From NCBI GenBank assembly GCA_900696645.1, contig CAADGV010000043.1, positions 66,848 to 130,847 on the forward strand: DNA of 64,000 nucleotides, in the 5' to 3' direction. Position numbers and translations under genes: made by a program. The notes under the pieces were generated by a model. That model saw only the letters and a list, made by a program, of their open reading frames with translations, ran no database searches and was not told the DNA's origin. This document shows positions 29,118 through 37,624 of this stretch, in pieces. How positions within the stretch are numbered: the stretch's first letter is position 1; each line of letters opens with the position of its first letter. The DNA comes from an uncultured Chlorobiota bacterium. GTDB taxonomy: Bacteria > Bacteroidota > Ignavibacteria > UBA10030 > UBA6906.

Positions 29118-29624
29118 CTACTGGGCGTTTCGCACGGCACCCCTTACTCGCGTGGAAAACACCTCCAGCAATTCGCCTTCACCAACAACACGCTTGCCCG
29201 AAAACCGTTCTGTTGTCAGACTCAGCTTCCCTTGTTCCCCTCCGGTTACACGCAACGTTCCGCCGGCGTCGCGTTCGGCGAATACGACTACTTCTTCATT
29301 CTGTCGGAACCTGGCCACATGGCTGTACAATTCCCCCGCGCCATCGACTTCTCCGCCGGGAACGGTGATCGTTAAAGTCCGATCTTGTTGGCTTCCCTTC
29401 AAGTACTGATCGACGGCGATCGTCACCTTCGTGACTATTTTGGTTCTGTCGGACGACCATTCCGACTGCATCGACCGCACGGTGCCGATTGCAACGATGT
29501 TTGCACGGGTAGCGAGTTCTTCTGCGGTGATTCCTTGTGACTGACTTTCAGCTTCTGTCGCCACAAAAAAAACTGCTGCCAGTATTAGCAGCGACACAGG
29601 GCTCACACTCCATCTCTTAGTCAT
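29118..29624 (-). CDS. Hypothetical secreted protein
   Basis: MTKRWSVSPVSLLILAAVFFVATEAESQ signal peptide; start set at the ATG at 29624; no recognised domain. Confidence 0.45.
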   Translation of the reverse strand: MTKRWSVSPVSLLILAAVFFVATEAESQSQGITAEELATRANIVAIGTVRSMQSEWSSDRTKIVTKVTIAVDQYLKGSQQDRTLTITVPGGEVDGAGELYSHVARFRQNEEVVVFAERDAGGTLRVTGGEQGKLSLTTERFSGKRVVGEGELLEVFSTRVRGAVRNAQ

Positions 29625-30210
29625 GTTGCAAACCTCCAATGTTGTTTGTTCTGCATTGTAAATTCGTGATCGTACAATTTATTGCAGGAGTAATCCCACG
29701 CCGTCGAATGCCCAAGAAACCGGCACGAATGACATACAAAGAAAACTACAGCGGAGCATTCTTGATATGATACAACAGGAATTGTTCCTAAAACGAAGAG
29801 AAAAAAGATTTCTAAAGGAGGGAAACGTATCGACGGGCAACTCATACGGCAGCAAACATATCGGAATCTTCATAACGCAATCGTTGACTCGTCGGAATGG
29901 AATGTAAGAGAACAGGTGGAACGCGATGCATTAGAGCATCGACAACCTATAATACGCTAACCCCAAGATTTAGTCAATGGCTTTGTCAGACGATGTGATC
30001 GCTGTGTGCTGTGTATGTAAGCAATCTCAACACTCATTCCGTGCACCGGTGACAACGGGACGCCGGTCGCATATTTTTGCGCCACATCGATGAAGAAGAT
30101 GGGTGACTTCGGGCGAACAAAGCGGGATTCAGACAGGTGTTTGCCGGACAAAAGGCAAAAACTCCGAGAATATGATTTGGATGTGCATACCTTCGGAGTT
30201 TTGAATAGGG

Positions 30211-30284
30211 TAGCGGGAGAGGGATTCGAACCCCCGACCTACGGATTATGATTCCGACGCTCTAACCAGCTGAGCTATCCCGCC
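30211..30284 (-). tRNA. tRNA with CAU anticodon (Met elongator or Ile2; cannot be distinguished here)
   Basis: Reverse complement GGCGGGATAGCTCAGCTGGTTAGAGCGTCGGAATCATAATCCGTAGGTCGGGGGTTCGAATCCCTCTCCCGCTA; anticodon loop ATCATAA. Confidence 0.8.
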
Positions 30285-30294
30285 AGAAAAACTT

Positions 30295-30318
30295 CACGTG
30301 GCTTGAGAGAGCCACGTG
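30295..30318 (-). terminator. Intrinsic terminator of copZ-copA
   Basis: Perfect palindrome CACGTGGCT-tgagag-AGCCACGTG, followed on the minus strand by AAGTTTTTC; 45 nt after the copA stop and immediately before tRNA-Met. Confidence 0.6.
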
Positions 30319-30362
30319 TTTGTGGTTGAAAATATAGGAAGAAAAGAACGAAACAGCAAACG

Positions 30363-32615
30363 TTATGAAAATCGCTTCAATCTCAGCGAATTACTCACCA
30401 CACTCACCGAACTGAATGCCATTGCACCCGCGGCAATCATCGGATCCAACAGTCCGAAGGCCGCAAGGGGAATGCCGACAATGTTGTACACAAAAGCCCA
30501 GAAGAAATTCTGCTTGATTGTTCGCAATGTTGCCGATGACAACCGGATGGCGTCCACGATGCTCATCACATCGCCGCGCATCAACGTCACGTCGGCGGCT
30601 TCCATCGCAATGTCGGTTCCCGTGCCGATCGCGATGCCGACATCAGCCTGTGCCAGGGCCGGCGCATCGTTGATGCCATCACCAACCATTGCGACTGTGT
30701 TCCCGTTGGCTTTCAATTCCTGAACGTGCCGGGCTTTGTCTTGCGGCAGAACATCTGCTCTCACCCGATCTATCCCTGCCTGCCGTGCAATAGCCTGCGC
30801 CGTCCGCTCGTTATCGCCGGTGATCATCACAACCTCTAATCCCATCTGCTTCATCCGTTCGATTGCCTCACGAGATGTCGGTTTGATTGTGTCGGCAACG
30901 GCGATGATACCGGCGGGCTTCATATCGATTGCCACAAGAATCGGTGTCTTTCCCTCGGCGGCAAATCGGGCCAGCGCATCTTCTTTGCCGTTCAGATGAA
31001 CAGCATACTCTTTCAGAAGGGCGTGATTCCCGACGGCGACCGGCAATCCATCAATAACGCCGGCCACGCCGAATCCCGTCAGTGATTGGAATGCATCCGC
31101 CTCAACGGTCGGAATATTCCTCTTCTCTGCATACTCAACAATTGCCTGACCCAACGGATGCTCGGATTTTCGCTCGAGTGATGCGGCATGTTTCAATACC
31201 GTATCTTCATCAAATCCTTCGAACGCCATAACATCAGTCACGTTCGGCTTTCCCCCGGTAATTGTGCCCGTCTTATCGAGAACAATTGTATGAATCCGAT
31301 GTGCACGCTCGAGACTGTCGGCATTTTTGATAAGAATGCCGAGATTGGCGCCGCGCCCTGTCCCCACCATAATTGCTGTTGGCGTTGCAAGCCCGAGCGC
31401 ACACGGGCAGGCAATGATTAAGACGGCAATGAAATTCACGAGCGCAGAATTGAATCCTGCGTCAGTTGCAAAGTACCAGACAGCAAATGTCATGACTGCA
31501 ATGCCGATAACGATCGGAACAAAAACCGAAGCGATCTTATCGGCGAGATTCTGGATCGGAGCCTTCGAGCCCTGCGCCTCTTCAACAAGTCGGGCAATAT
31601 GAGCAAGCAGCGTGTCCTTGCCAACCGCCGAAGCCCGCATCGTGATGCTTCCGTTCTTGTTGATCGTTCCGCCGATTACCTTGCCGCCACTGCTTTTTTC
31701 GACGGGCATGCTTTCGCCCGTGACCATCGACTCATCAACTGTTGTCGTGCCGCTGAGAACGACGCCGTCAACAGGCATCTTCTCGCCGGGCCGAACGATC
31801 ACTTCGTCGCCAACAATAACATCCCTGATGGACACATCCCGTTCAACACCATCTCTCACTACTCGTGCTGTCTTCGGCTGTAATCTCATGAGCTTCCTGA
31901 TTGCGTCGGATGCCCTGCTCTTTGCCTTCGCCTCCAGAAGTTTTCCAAGAAGAATGAGTGTGATGATTGTCGCCGTTGTATCGAAGTAAACGTGCCCCTT
32001 GTGCCCTGCATGGCCCAACGCTTCGGGAAACAATACGGCAATCGCGCTGAACGCAAACGCGGCGCCTGTACCGACTGCAACAAGCGTGTTCATGTCTGCC
32101 GAGAAATGCTTGAGCGCCAACCAGAAACCTTTGAAAAATCGCTTTCCCGAAATGAACACTACGGGAGTAGTCAGAAGAAGCAACAGCTTGTTCGTTTGCT
32201 CAAGCGATAGCGGCGACCAGCTTGCGAATGACTCAAACATGCTTACCATGCTGATCAGCATAACAGGGACCGTGAGCAAGCCCGCGAGAAGCAACTCTTT
32301 CTTCAGTTGTCGCAGCGTCTCGTTCTCATAAGTCCCGACGTGATCGGGTTCTGTTGATTCTCCCTCCGGCAACACAAGCGAGTATCCTTCATCGGCAACA
32401 GCGGCACGGAGTTGTTCGACGTTCACTTTCGCCGGGTCAAACTCCACTTTGGCTTTTTCGCTTGCGAGGTTCACAGAGGCTTCCTGTACGCCGTCGACTT
32501 TCTTCAGCGCTTTCTCGACCCGCGTGACGCAACTCGCGCAGGTCATTCCCCGTACAGGCAGAGTCAGAGTTGCCATGTCCTGTCCGGCATGCCTGTCACT
32601 AATCACGGATTTCAT
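30363..32615 (-). CDS. copA: Copper-translocating P1B-type ATPase
   Basis: N-terminal HMA GMTCASC; CPC in TM6; DKTGTIT phosphorylation site; [10 protein letters not shown] hinge; ATGA overlap with copZ. Confidence 0.95.
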   Translation of the reverse strand: MKSVISDRHAGQDMATLTLPVRGMTCASCVTRVEKALKKVDGVQEASVNLASEKAKVEFDPAKVNVEQLRAAVADEGYSLVLPEGESTEPDHVGTYENETLRQLKKELLLAGLLTVPVMLISMVSMFESFASWSPLSLEQTNKLLLLLTTPVVFISGKRFFKGFWLALKHFSADMNTLVAVGTGAAFAFSAIAVLFPEALGHAGHKGHVYFDTTATIITLILLGKLLEAKAKSRASDAIRKLMRLQPKTARVVRDGVERDVSIRDVIVGDEVIVRPGEKMPVDGVVLSGTTTVDESMVTGESMPVEKSSGGKVIGGTINKNGSITMRASAVGKDTLLAHIARLVEEAQGSKAPIQNLADKIASVFVPIVIGIAVMTFAVWYFATDAGFNSALVNFIAVLIIACPCALGLATPTAIMVGTGRGANLGILIKNADSLERAHRIHTIVLDKTGTITGGKPNVTDVMAFEGFDEDTVLKHAASLERKSEHPLGQAIVEYAEKRNIPTVEADAFQSLTGFGVAGVIDGLPVAVGNHALLKEYAVHLNGKEDALARFAAEGKTPILVAIDMKPAGIIAVADTIKPTSREAIERMKQMGLEVVMITGDNERTAQAIARQAGIDRVRADVLPQDKARHVQELKANGNTVAMVGDGINDAPALAQADVGIAIGTGTDIAMEAADVTLMRGDVMSIVDAIRLSSATLRTIKQNFFWAFVYNIVGIPLAAFGLLDPMIAAGAMAFSSVSVVSNSLRLKRFS

Positions 32616-32815
32616 GAAACGACCTTGTAACCTGCTTCGTCCACCGCACGCAGGAGATCGTTATGCGTGACCTTTGATTCGTCGTACGTGACGCGGGCGC
32701 TGCCGATTGTGACATCGTGAATTTCCACATTCTGCAATTTCCCAAGCTCCTTCGTCACACTCATCACACAATGGCCGCAGGACATGCCTTCGATTTTGAG
32801 TTCTACGGATTTCAT
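32612..32815 (-). CDS. copZ: Copper chaperone CopZ (HMA domain)
   Basis: 67 aa with [10 protein letters not shown] in a ferredoxin-like betaalphabetabetaalphabeta layout. Confidence 0.9.
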   Translation of the reverse strand: MKSVELKIEGMSCGHCVMSVTKELGKLQNVEIHDVTIGSARVTYDESKVTHNDLLRAVDEAGYKVVS

Positions 32816-32932
32816 CAGTTGTTCCTATCAGGTTGATTGGTTTGTACGATACAAATATACAATCTGAAGGGAGGAAACTCCTTATAGAATTATGGAAGAA
32901 AGTTGCAAATACATCCCTCCCTCCTATCTCAA

Positions 32933-32960
32933 AAAGCAAAAAGCCCCCAAAGGGGGACTC
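32933..32960 (-). terminator. Intrinsic terminator after the T9SS propeller gene
   Basis: On the minus strand: GGAGTCCCCC-TTT-GGGGGC followed by TTTTTGCTTTTTGAG. Confidence 0.6.
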
Positions 32961-32986
32961 CTTACTTGAGCAGAAAATGAGTTCGG

Positions 32987-34219
32987 CTACCTCACCACCA
33001 CCATCCGCCGTGTTTGCAACATCCCTCCCGTCGTCAATCTGTATAAATACACACCGCTCGCCAATCCTGAAGCATCGAACGAAACCGTGTACGACCCAGC
33101 GGGGCGTTCCTCGTTAACAAGCGTGGCCACCTCGCGGCCGAGCACATCATAAACTCGCAGATTCACCAATCCGTAATCTCCAATCCGAAATCCGATGTTC
33201 GTCACCGGATTAAACGGGTTCGGATAGTTCTGTTCGAGCGTAATCCGATCCGGCTGAACCTCCGGCTCACCTGTACCGGATGTGGGAAGCGTCTTGTACC
33301 ACAATCCGTCAAGCCGGGCAGAATACAGCCTGTTGCCGTGCACCGCCTGTGCATAGGAGAATGTTGTTTGCTCGACGAACGTCCAACTCATTCCGTCGGG
33401 TGATGAGTAAAACCGCGTCGCTGCAGCTTGTGCTACCCCGTAGAGATTGCTGCCGCCCGCTGTAAGATATATCTGCCTTCCTCCGGGCAAGCCTGAACTC
33501 GATGGCAGCCAGCTTGCGCCGCCATCGGTACTTCGGAAGACACCGTATGTACTCCCGGCAACCAGACCGCCACCAAACTCGACCATCGATGTAACAAGGA
33601 ACTCAAACCCTTGGAACGGAGCAACGAGAACGCCCGTCCAGTCTGTCGCGCCGGGCGGTGCGTACCAAACCCAGCCGCCGCCGCCTGCCCCCGCAACGAG
33701 TGTATCACCCTTTGTCCGTAGAAACCAAACACTGCCGGCAACGTTGCCCATCAGGTCTCCGAACGGAACCCACGTGTTCCCCTGAAGCCGAAACACTCCG
33801 GCTCCGCCCGTGCCCGCGTACAACATACCGTTTCGTTCAGCAAACGATGTAATATGATGACTACCGGGTCCGCTCAATCCCTGACTCAGCGCAGCCCACG
33901 ATCCGCCGTTGTCCGAGCTGACGAACACACCGTTGCCGCCCGTGCCTGCAAAAATTTTCCCGTCGAACACCGTCAATGCGTCGATGTACCACGGACTGCC
34001 GGGCAGAGTTGCGCTGCGAGACCACACTCCTCCGCCATCTGTGCTGATGTGCACGGCGGAATCCGTCGCTGCATAGATGGTATTTTCCCTCACAACAACC
34101 GAGGAAATATCCACTGCAGGCACGCCAACGACTTGCGTCCATTGCGCATTGCCGGCTACTGAGACAGCTACAAGCATGAGGGCTGTCAGAAATGCAATAG
34201 CACATTGCCTGAAATTCAT
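32987..34219 (-). CDS. Secreted BNR/Ycf48-like beta-propeller protein with T9SS C-terminal sorting domain
   Basis: Signal peptide; repeated S-x-D-x-G-x-(S/T)-W motifs (STDGGGVWS, SSDNGGSWA, STDGGASW); C-terminal [17 protein letters not shown]...; start at 34219 or 34246. Confidence 0.7.
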   Translation of the reverse strand: MNFRQCAIAFLTALMLVAVSVAGNAQWTQVVGVPAVDISSVVVRENTIYAATDSAVHISTDGGGVWSRSATLPGSPWYIDALTVFDGKIFAGTGGNGVFVSSDNGGSWAALSQGLSGPGSHHITSFAERNGMLYAGTGGAGVFRLQGNTWVPFGDLMGNVAGSVWFLRTKGDTLVAGAGGGGWVWYAPPGATDWTGVLVAPFQGFEFLVTSMVEFGGGLVAGSTYGVFRSTDGGASWLPSSSGLPGGRQIYLTAGGSNLYGVAQAAATRFYSSPDGMSWTFVEQTTFSYAQAVHGNRLYSARLDGLWYKTLPTSGTGEPEVQPDRITLEQNYPNPFNPVTNIGFRIGDYGLVNLRVYDVLGREVATLVNEERPAGSYTVSFDASGLASGVYLYRLTTGGMLQTRRMVVVR

Positions 34220-34355
34220 ATGTTGTTCACTCTTCATCTGATGCATTTATCAAGAGATATACGGATTCGGGAGAAGAATTCTCCCTACATAGATATGCAG
34301 GTACAACACCGTGAACAGAGCGAGGGTTTTGGAGATCGGATTCAGGAAGGAACAA

Positions 34356-34958
34356 TCAGCCCGGTATGACCTTATCCAACGGTTTCCGCATATTCGCCAT
34401 CAGCTTCTTGAATTCGCCGGGCGTCATGCCGGTGACTTTCTTAAATTGGTTGGAGAGATGCTGAACGCTGCTGTAACCGAGTTTGTAGGAGATTTCACTG
34501 AGAGTCAACTCGCCGTATTTCAGAAGCTCTTTCGCACGCTCGATACGTTGCAGAATAATATACTGCTCGATGGTGACATTCTCTATTGAAGAGAAAAGTG
34601 TACTGAGGGAATGATAGTCTTTGCCGACTTCATGCGCGATGTACTCGGAGTGTTTCAACCGCATCGGCTCTTGCTCGGCATCCCGCCGGACGAGTTTCAA
34701 CACCGCCTGCTTGATGTGTTCGATGGTTTTCGCCCGCTGGTCTTCGATCAACTCAAAACCGTTTTCCTCAAGAACCGGACGTATCACGCCGAGATCGACA
34801 GGCCCTGCAACCACAACTTCCCCCAAAACAATACTCCTGACATCAAATCCAAGTTTTTCCAATTCCTCCCCCACTACCTTGATGCAGCGGTTACACACCA
34901 TGTTTTTTATGTGGAGGGTAGTAGTAGAATCGGGCGACAATTTTCTCTCCGGTTGCAT
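34356..34958 (-). CDS. AraC-family transcriptional regulator with N-terminal HMA-like metal-binding domain
   Basis: N-terminal HIKNMVCNRCIKVVGEELEKLGF (MxCxxC ferredoxin-like); C-terminal AraC helix-turn-helix YIILQRIERAKELL...LSEISYKLGYSSVQHLSNQFKKVTGMTPGEF. Confidence 0.75.
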   Translation of the reverse strand: MQPERKLSPDSTTTLHIKNMVCNRCIKVVGEELEKLGFDVRSIVLGEVVVAGPVDLGVIRPVLEENGFELIEDQRAKTIEHIKQAVLKLVRRDAEQEPMRLKHSEYIAHEVGKDYHSLSTLFSSIENVTIEQYIILQRIERAKELLKYGELTLSEISYKLGYSSVQHLSNQFKKVTGMTPGEFKKLMANMRKPLDKVIPG

Positions 34959-34977
34959 CTCGATTCCAATCCGATTG

Positions 34978-36123
34978 TTACTTCATCAACACGAATTTTT
35001 TCGTCTGTGAAAAGTTGCCGAGCCGGAGCCTGTAGAAATAGACGCCGGAGGCAAGCGACCCGGAAGCTGTGAATTGTACTGTATGCTCACCCGCCGATTG
35101 ATTCTCATTGACCAGGACAGCAACTTCTTTTCCGTCTGCGGAATAGACTTTCAAAGAAACCGTTCCGCCAACCGGCAACCGGTAAGATATCGTTGTGGAA
35201 GGGTTGAAGGGATTAGGATAGTTCTGCGATAGCGAAAACTCCGAAGGAACCGTGGCAACAGCAGGCAATACGCCTGTCGTCGAAATCAGTCCGGCATCAA
35301 TCCAGGCCGAATACCAAAGTGATGCAAGACTTTCCGTTGCGCGCTGCACCTGCTCAAGCGTAATGCCCCTCGTCTTCAGCCACAGTGCATTGTAGTACGA
35401 GGCAGGAGCTGTGCCGCTTCCGTTCCAACCTGAAACAATCTTCGCGTACGTGTCGGCCTGCAACACCGTGTCAACGTAGCTGTTGGTGTGAATGATATAG
35501 TCGAAAATGTAATTGATCCGGTCGGCAATGTAGTAGGTCGTGTCAGGCGTGAGAGTAAGATGTGAAAGATAGTACGTCGGGCTGAGCATCGTCGATTCGT
35601 AGCGCGAATGAATGCCGTAGTTGTTCGTGTACTGTCCGTTGTAGTTGCGTGTATTGTGCAGCGGCTGATGCGCATCGCCGACATAATGCCCGAGATCGGA
35701 AGCGGTGAGCTTGGCCTGATTCCAGTCGCCGCGGCTGAGCTGGGCAACGAGTGAATCGTAATTCCAAACTGTTGCCCAAGGATTCGTGCCGTTGGCTTTG
35801 ACCCTCTCCCATCCATATTGCATGATGAGCGTGTCAAGACTTCTGGTCAGATTGTGAAAATTGGGGTAGTCGTCAATATCCATGAAATGCCGGGGGCGTT
35901 CGGCATACAGGCTCGTGTCACCGTAATCGACGCGAACATCGGCGTCATGCGCGTGTGCAGCGAAAAAGGAACTGTCCTGGATGAACAGCATCATCCGGTT
36001 GGGAAGATGATACACGACAGTACGATTGATAAACCGGTGTGTATTCCAGCCCCACCCTGAGGCCTCTAAAAACATAACACATACAGCAAGAAGGAGTGCC
36101 GCAGGCAGAATCAGTCTTCTCAT
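34978..36123 (-). CDS. S1/P1-family zinc nuclease with T9SS C-terminal sorting domain
   Basis: Mature N-terminus WGWNTH; HYVGDAHQPLHNT (P1-nuclease signature); C-terminal [19 protein letters not shown]...; start at MRRLIL (cat at 36121-36123). Confidence 0.75.
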   Translation of the reverse strand: MRRLILPAALLLAVCVMFLEASGWGWNTHRFINRTVVYHLPNRMMLFIQDSSFFAAHAHDADVRVDYGDTSLYAERPRHFMDIDDYPNFHNLTRSLDTLIMQYGWERVKANGTNPWATVWNYDSLVAQLSRGDWNQAKLTASDLGHYVGDAHQPLHNTRNYNGQYTNNYGIHSRYESTMLSPTYYLSHLTLTPDTTYYIADRINYIFDYIIHTNSYVDTVLQADTYAKIVSGWNGSGTAPASYYNALWLKTRGITLEQVQRATESLASLWYSAWIDAGLISTTGVLPAVATVPSEFSLSQNYPNPFNPSTTISYRLPVGGTVSLKVYSADGKEVAVLVNENQSAGEHTVQFTASGSLASGVYFYRLRLGNFSQTKKFVLMK

Positions 36124-36257
36124 GCTTTTTTTGCTGTTGAAGGTGATAATTGTGATGATTGATTGCATTCAATATACGCTGTCAGGCAGGGAGTTGCAAT
36201 CAGTTTGGCACGGGCAGGGCCTTTTGCAGGTTCTCGCCTTCTTTCCTATATTCGACC

Positions 36258-36836
36258 ATGCCTCGCCTTACACTCGATGAAATCAAAACCCTGCTCACGG
36301 CAACAAATGACACTCCCCGCAAGTCATTTTCCATCGAGGGCTATTCACGCGCGGCCGTTCTTGTTCCCCTTATTCTGACCGGGAACTCTTTCGACCTGCT
36401 GTTCACAAAGCGGACTGAATCGGTTGAAACGCATAAGGGGCAGATTTCATTTCCGGGAGGGATGGTTGATGCGGCGGATCGCGATGTTTTCCATACGGCG
36501 CTTCGCGAAGCCCACGAGGAGATCGGGCTGACTGATTCATGTATTGAGATTGTCGGAATACTCGATGATATGGCAACTCCAACAGGCTTTGTCATAACCC
36601 CGATTGTGGGTGTTATTCAGGAGTTGCCTGAACTTGCCCCGAACAATGAGGAAGTGGCGGAAGTGTTTCGTGTGGGATTGGATTTCTTCTCCCAGCCGTC
36701 GAGTGGGCGAACCGAACTGCGGGAGTTTCACGGACGCAAGCACGAGGTCTGGTACTACGACTGGCAAGACAAGGTGATCTGGGGCGCCACTGCCATGATG
36801 ATCCGGTCGCTACTCAAGAAGCTGAAACTTGCCTAA
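36258..36836 (+). CDS. NUDIX hydrolase, CoA pyrophosphatase-like (NudL family)
   Basis: LVPLI...LLFTKR...HKGQISFPGGMVD...ALREAHEEIGL (Nudix box GG-x5-E-x7-REAHEE-x-G). Confidence 0.8.
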   Translation: MPRLTLDEIKTLLTATNDTPRKSFSIEGYSRAAVLVPLILTGNSFDLLFTKRTESVETHKGQISFPGGMVDAADRDVFHTALREAHEEIGLTDSCIEIVGILDDMATPTGFVITPIVGVIQELPELAPNNEEVAEVFRVGLDFFSQPSSGRTELREFHGRKHEVWYYDWQDKVIWGATAMMIRSLLKKLKLA

Positions 36837-37432
36837 ACTGCAAGCGCAAACTCAGGTGTCTCGAAGCTCTCCCCTGTTTCATAGCCGATGTTTTTGGCGT
36901 ATTCCTTCAGGTTACTGTACAGAATGCTTCTCGCTCTGTGAAGGCGTGAACGGACCGTGCCGATGGGGATATCGAGAACTTCGGCGATTTCTTCGTAGGG
37001 CATATCTTCAAGATCCCTTAATACAATCACGCTCTTGAATTTCTCAGGCAACGCCGATATTGCCCCGGACACCTCGTCACCGAGCATCTGATGTTCAACG
37101 CGGTCGCGCAAGTCGTTCGAATACTGCATGTCGTGCCGCACGAATTGGTACGGGGAAATCTGCTCGTCATACTCCACAATTTCGGGCTGGCGCTTCACGC
37201 GCCGGTATTCGTTGATGAATGTATTTCGCATAATGCGATAGAGCCACGCCTTCGCATTGGTGCCCTCTTCAAACTTGTCAAAGAAACGGTACGCCTTCAT
37301 AAAGGTCTCTTGGAGGAGGTCGCTCGCGTCGTCAGCCGATCCGGTCAAGTAATAGCCGTAGTTGTACAGCATATCGGAGTATGGGAGCATAATATCCTTG
37401 AATTTCGAGTGTTTTTCGAAGTTTGTGCTCAT
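36833..37432 (-). CDS. ECF-type RNA polymerase sigma-70 family factor
   Basis: Region 2 DLLQETFMKAYRFFDKF...WLYRIMRNTFINEYRR; region 4 YEEIAEVLDIPIGTVRSRLHRAR. Confidence 0.85.
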   Translation of the reverse strand: MSTNFEKHSKFKDIMLPYSDMLYNYGYYLTGSADDASDLLQETFMKAYRFFDKFEEGTNAKAWLYRIMRNTFINEYRRVKRQPEIVEYDEQISPYQFVRHDMQYSNDLRDRVEHQMLGDEVSGAISALPEKFKSVIVLRDLEDMPYEEIAEVLDIPIGTVRSRLHRARSILYSNLKEYAKNIGYETGESFETPEFALAV

Positions 37433-37624
37433 TTATGAATCCTCCTACCTTTGATTGTACAGTAATTCGTATTAATCGTTATGTTCGTTATGTACGATTA
37501 TACGAAACGATAAGCTGATTGTCAAGATGTAGAAAGTGAATTCTTATTAATGATCAGTGGCGGGCTGAAAAGTTCACTACATAGGTTGGCAGTACACGCT
37601 TAGAATGTTCAGCTCAAAGGGTGG

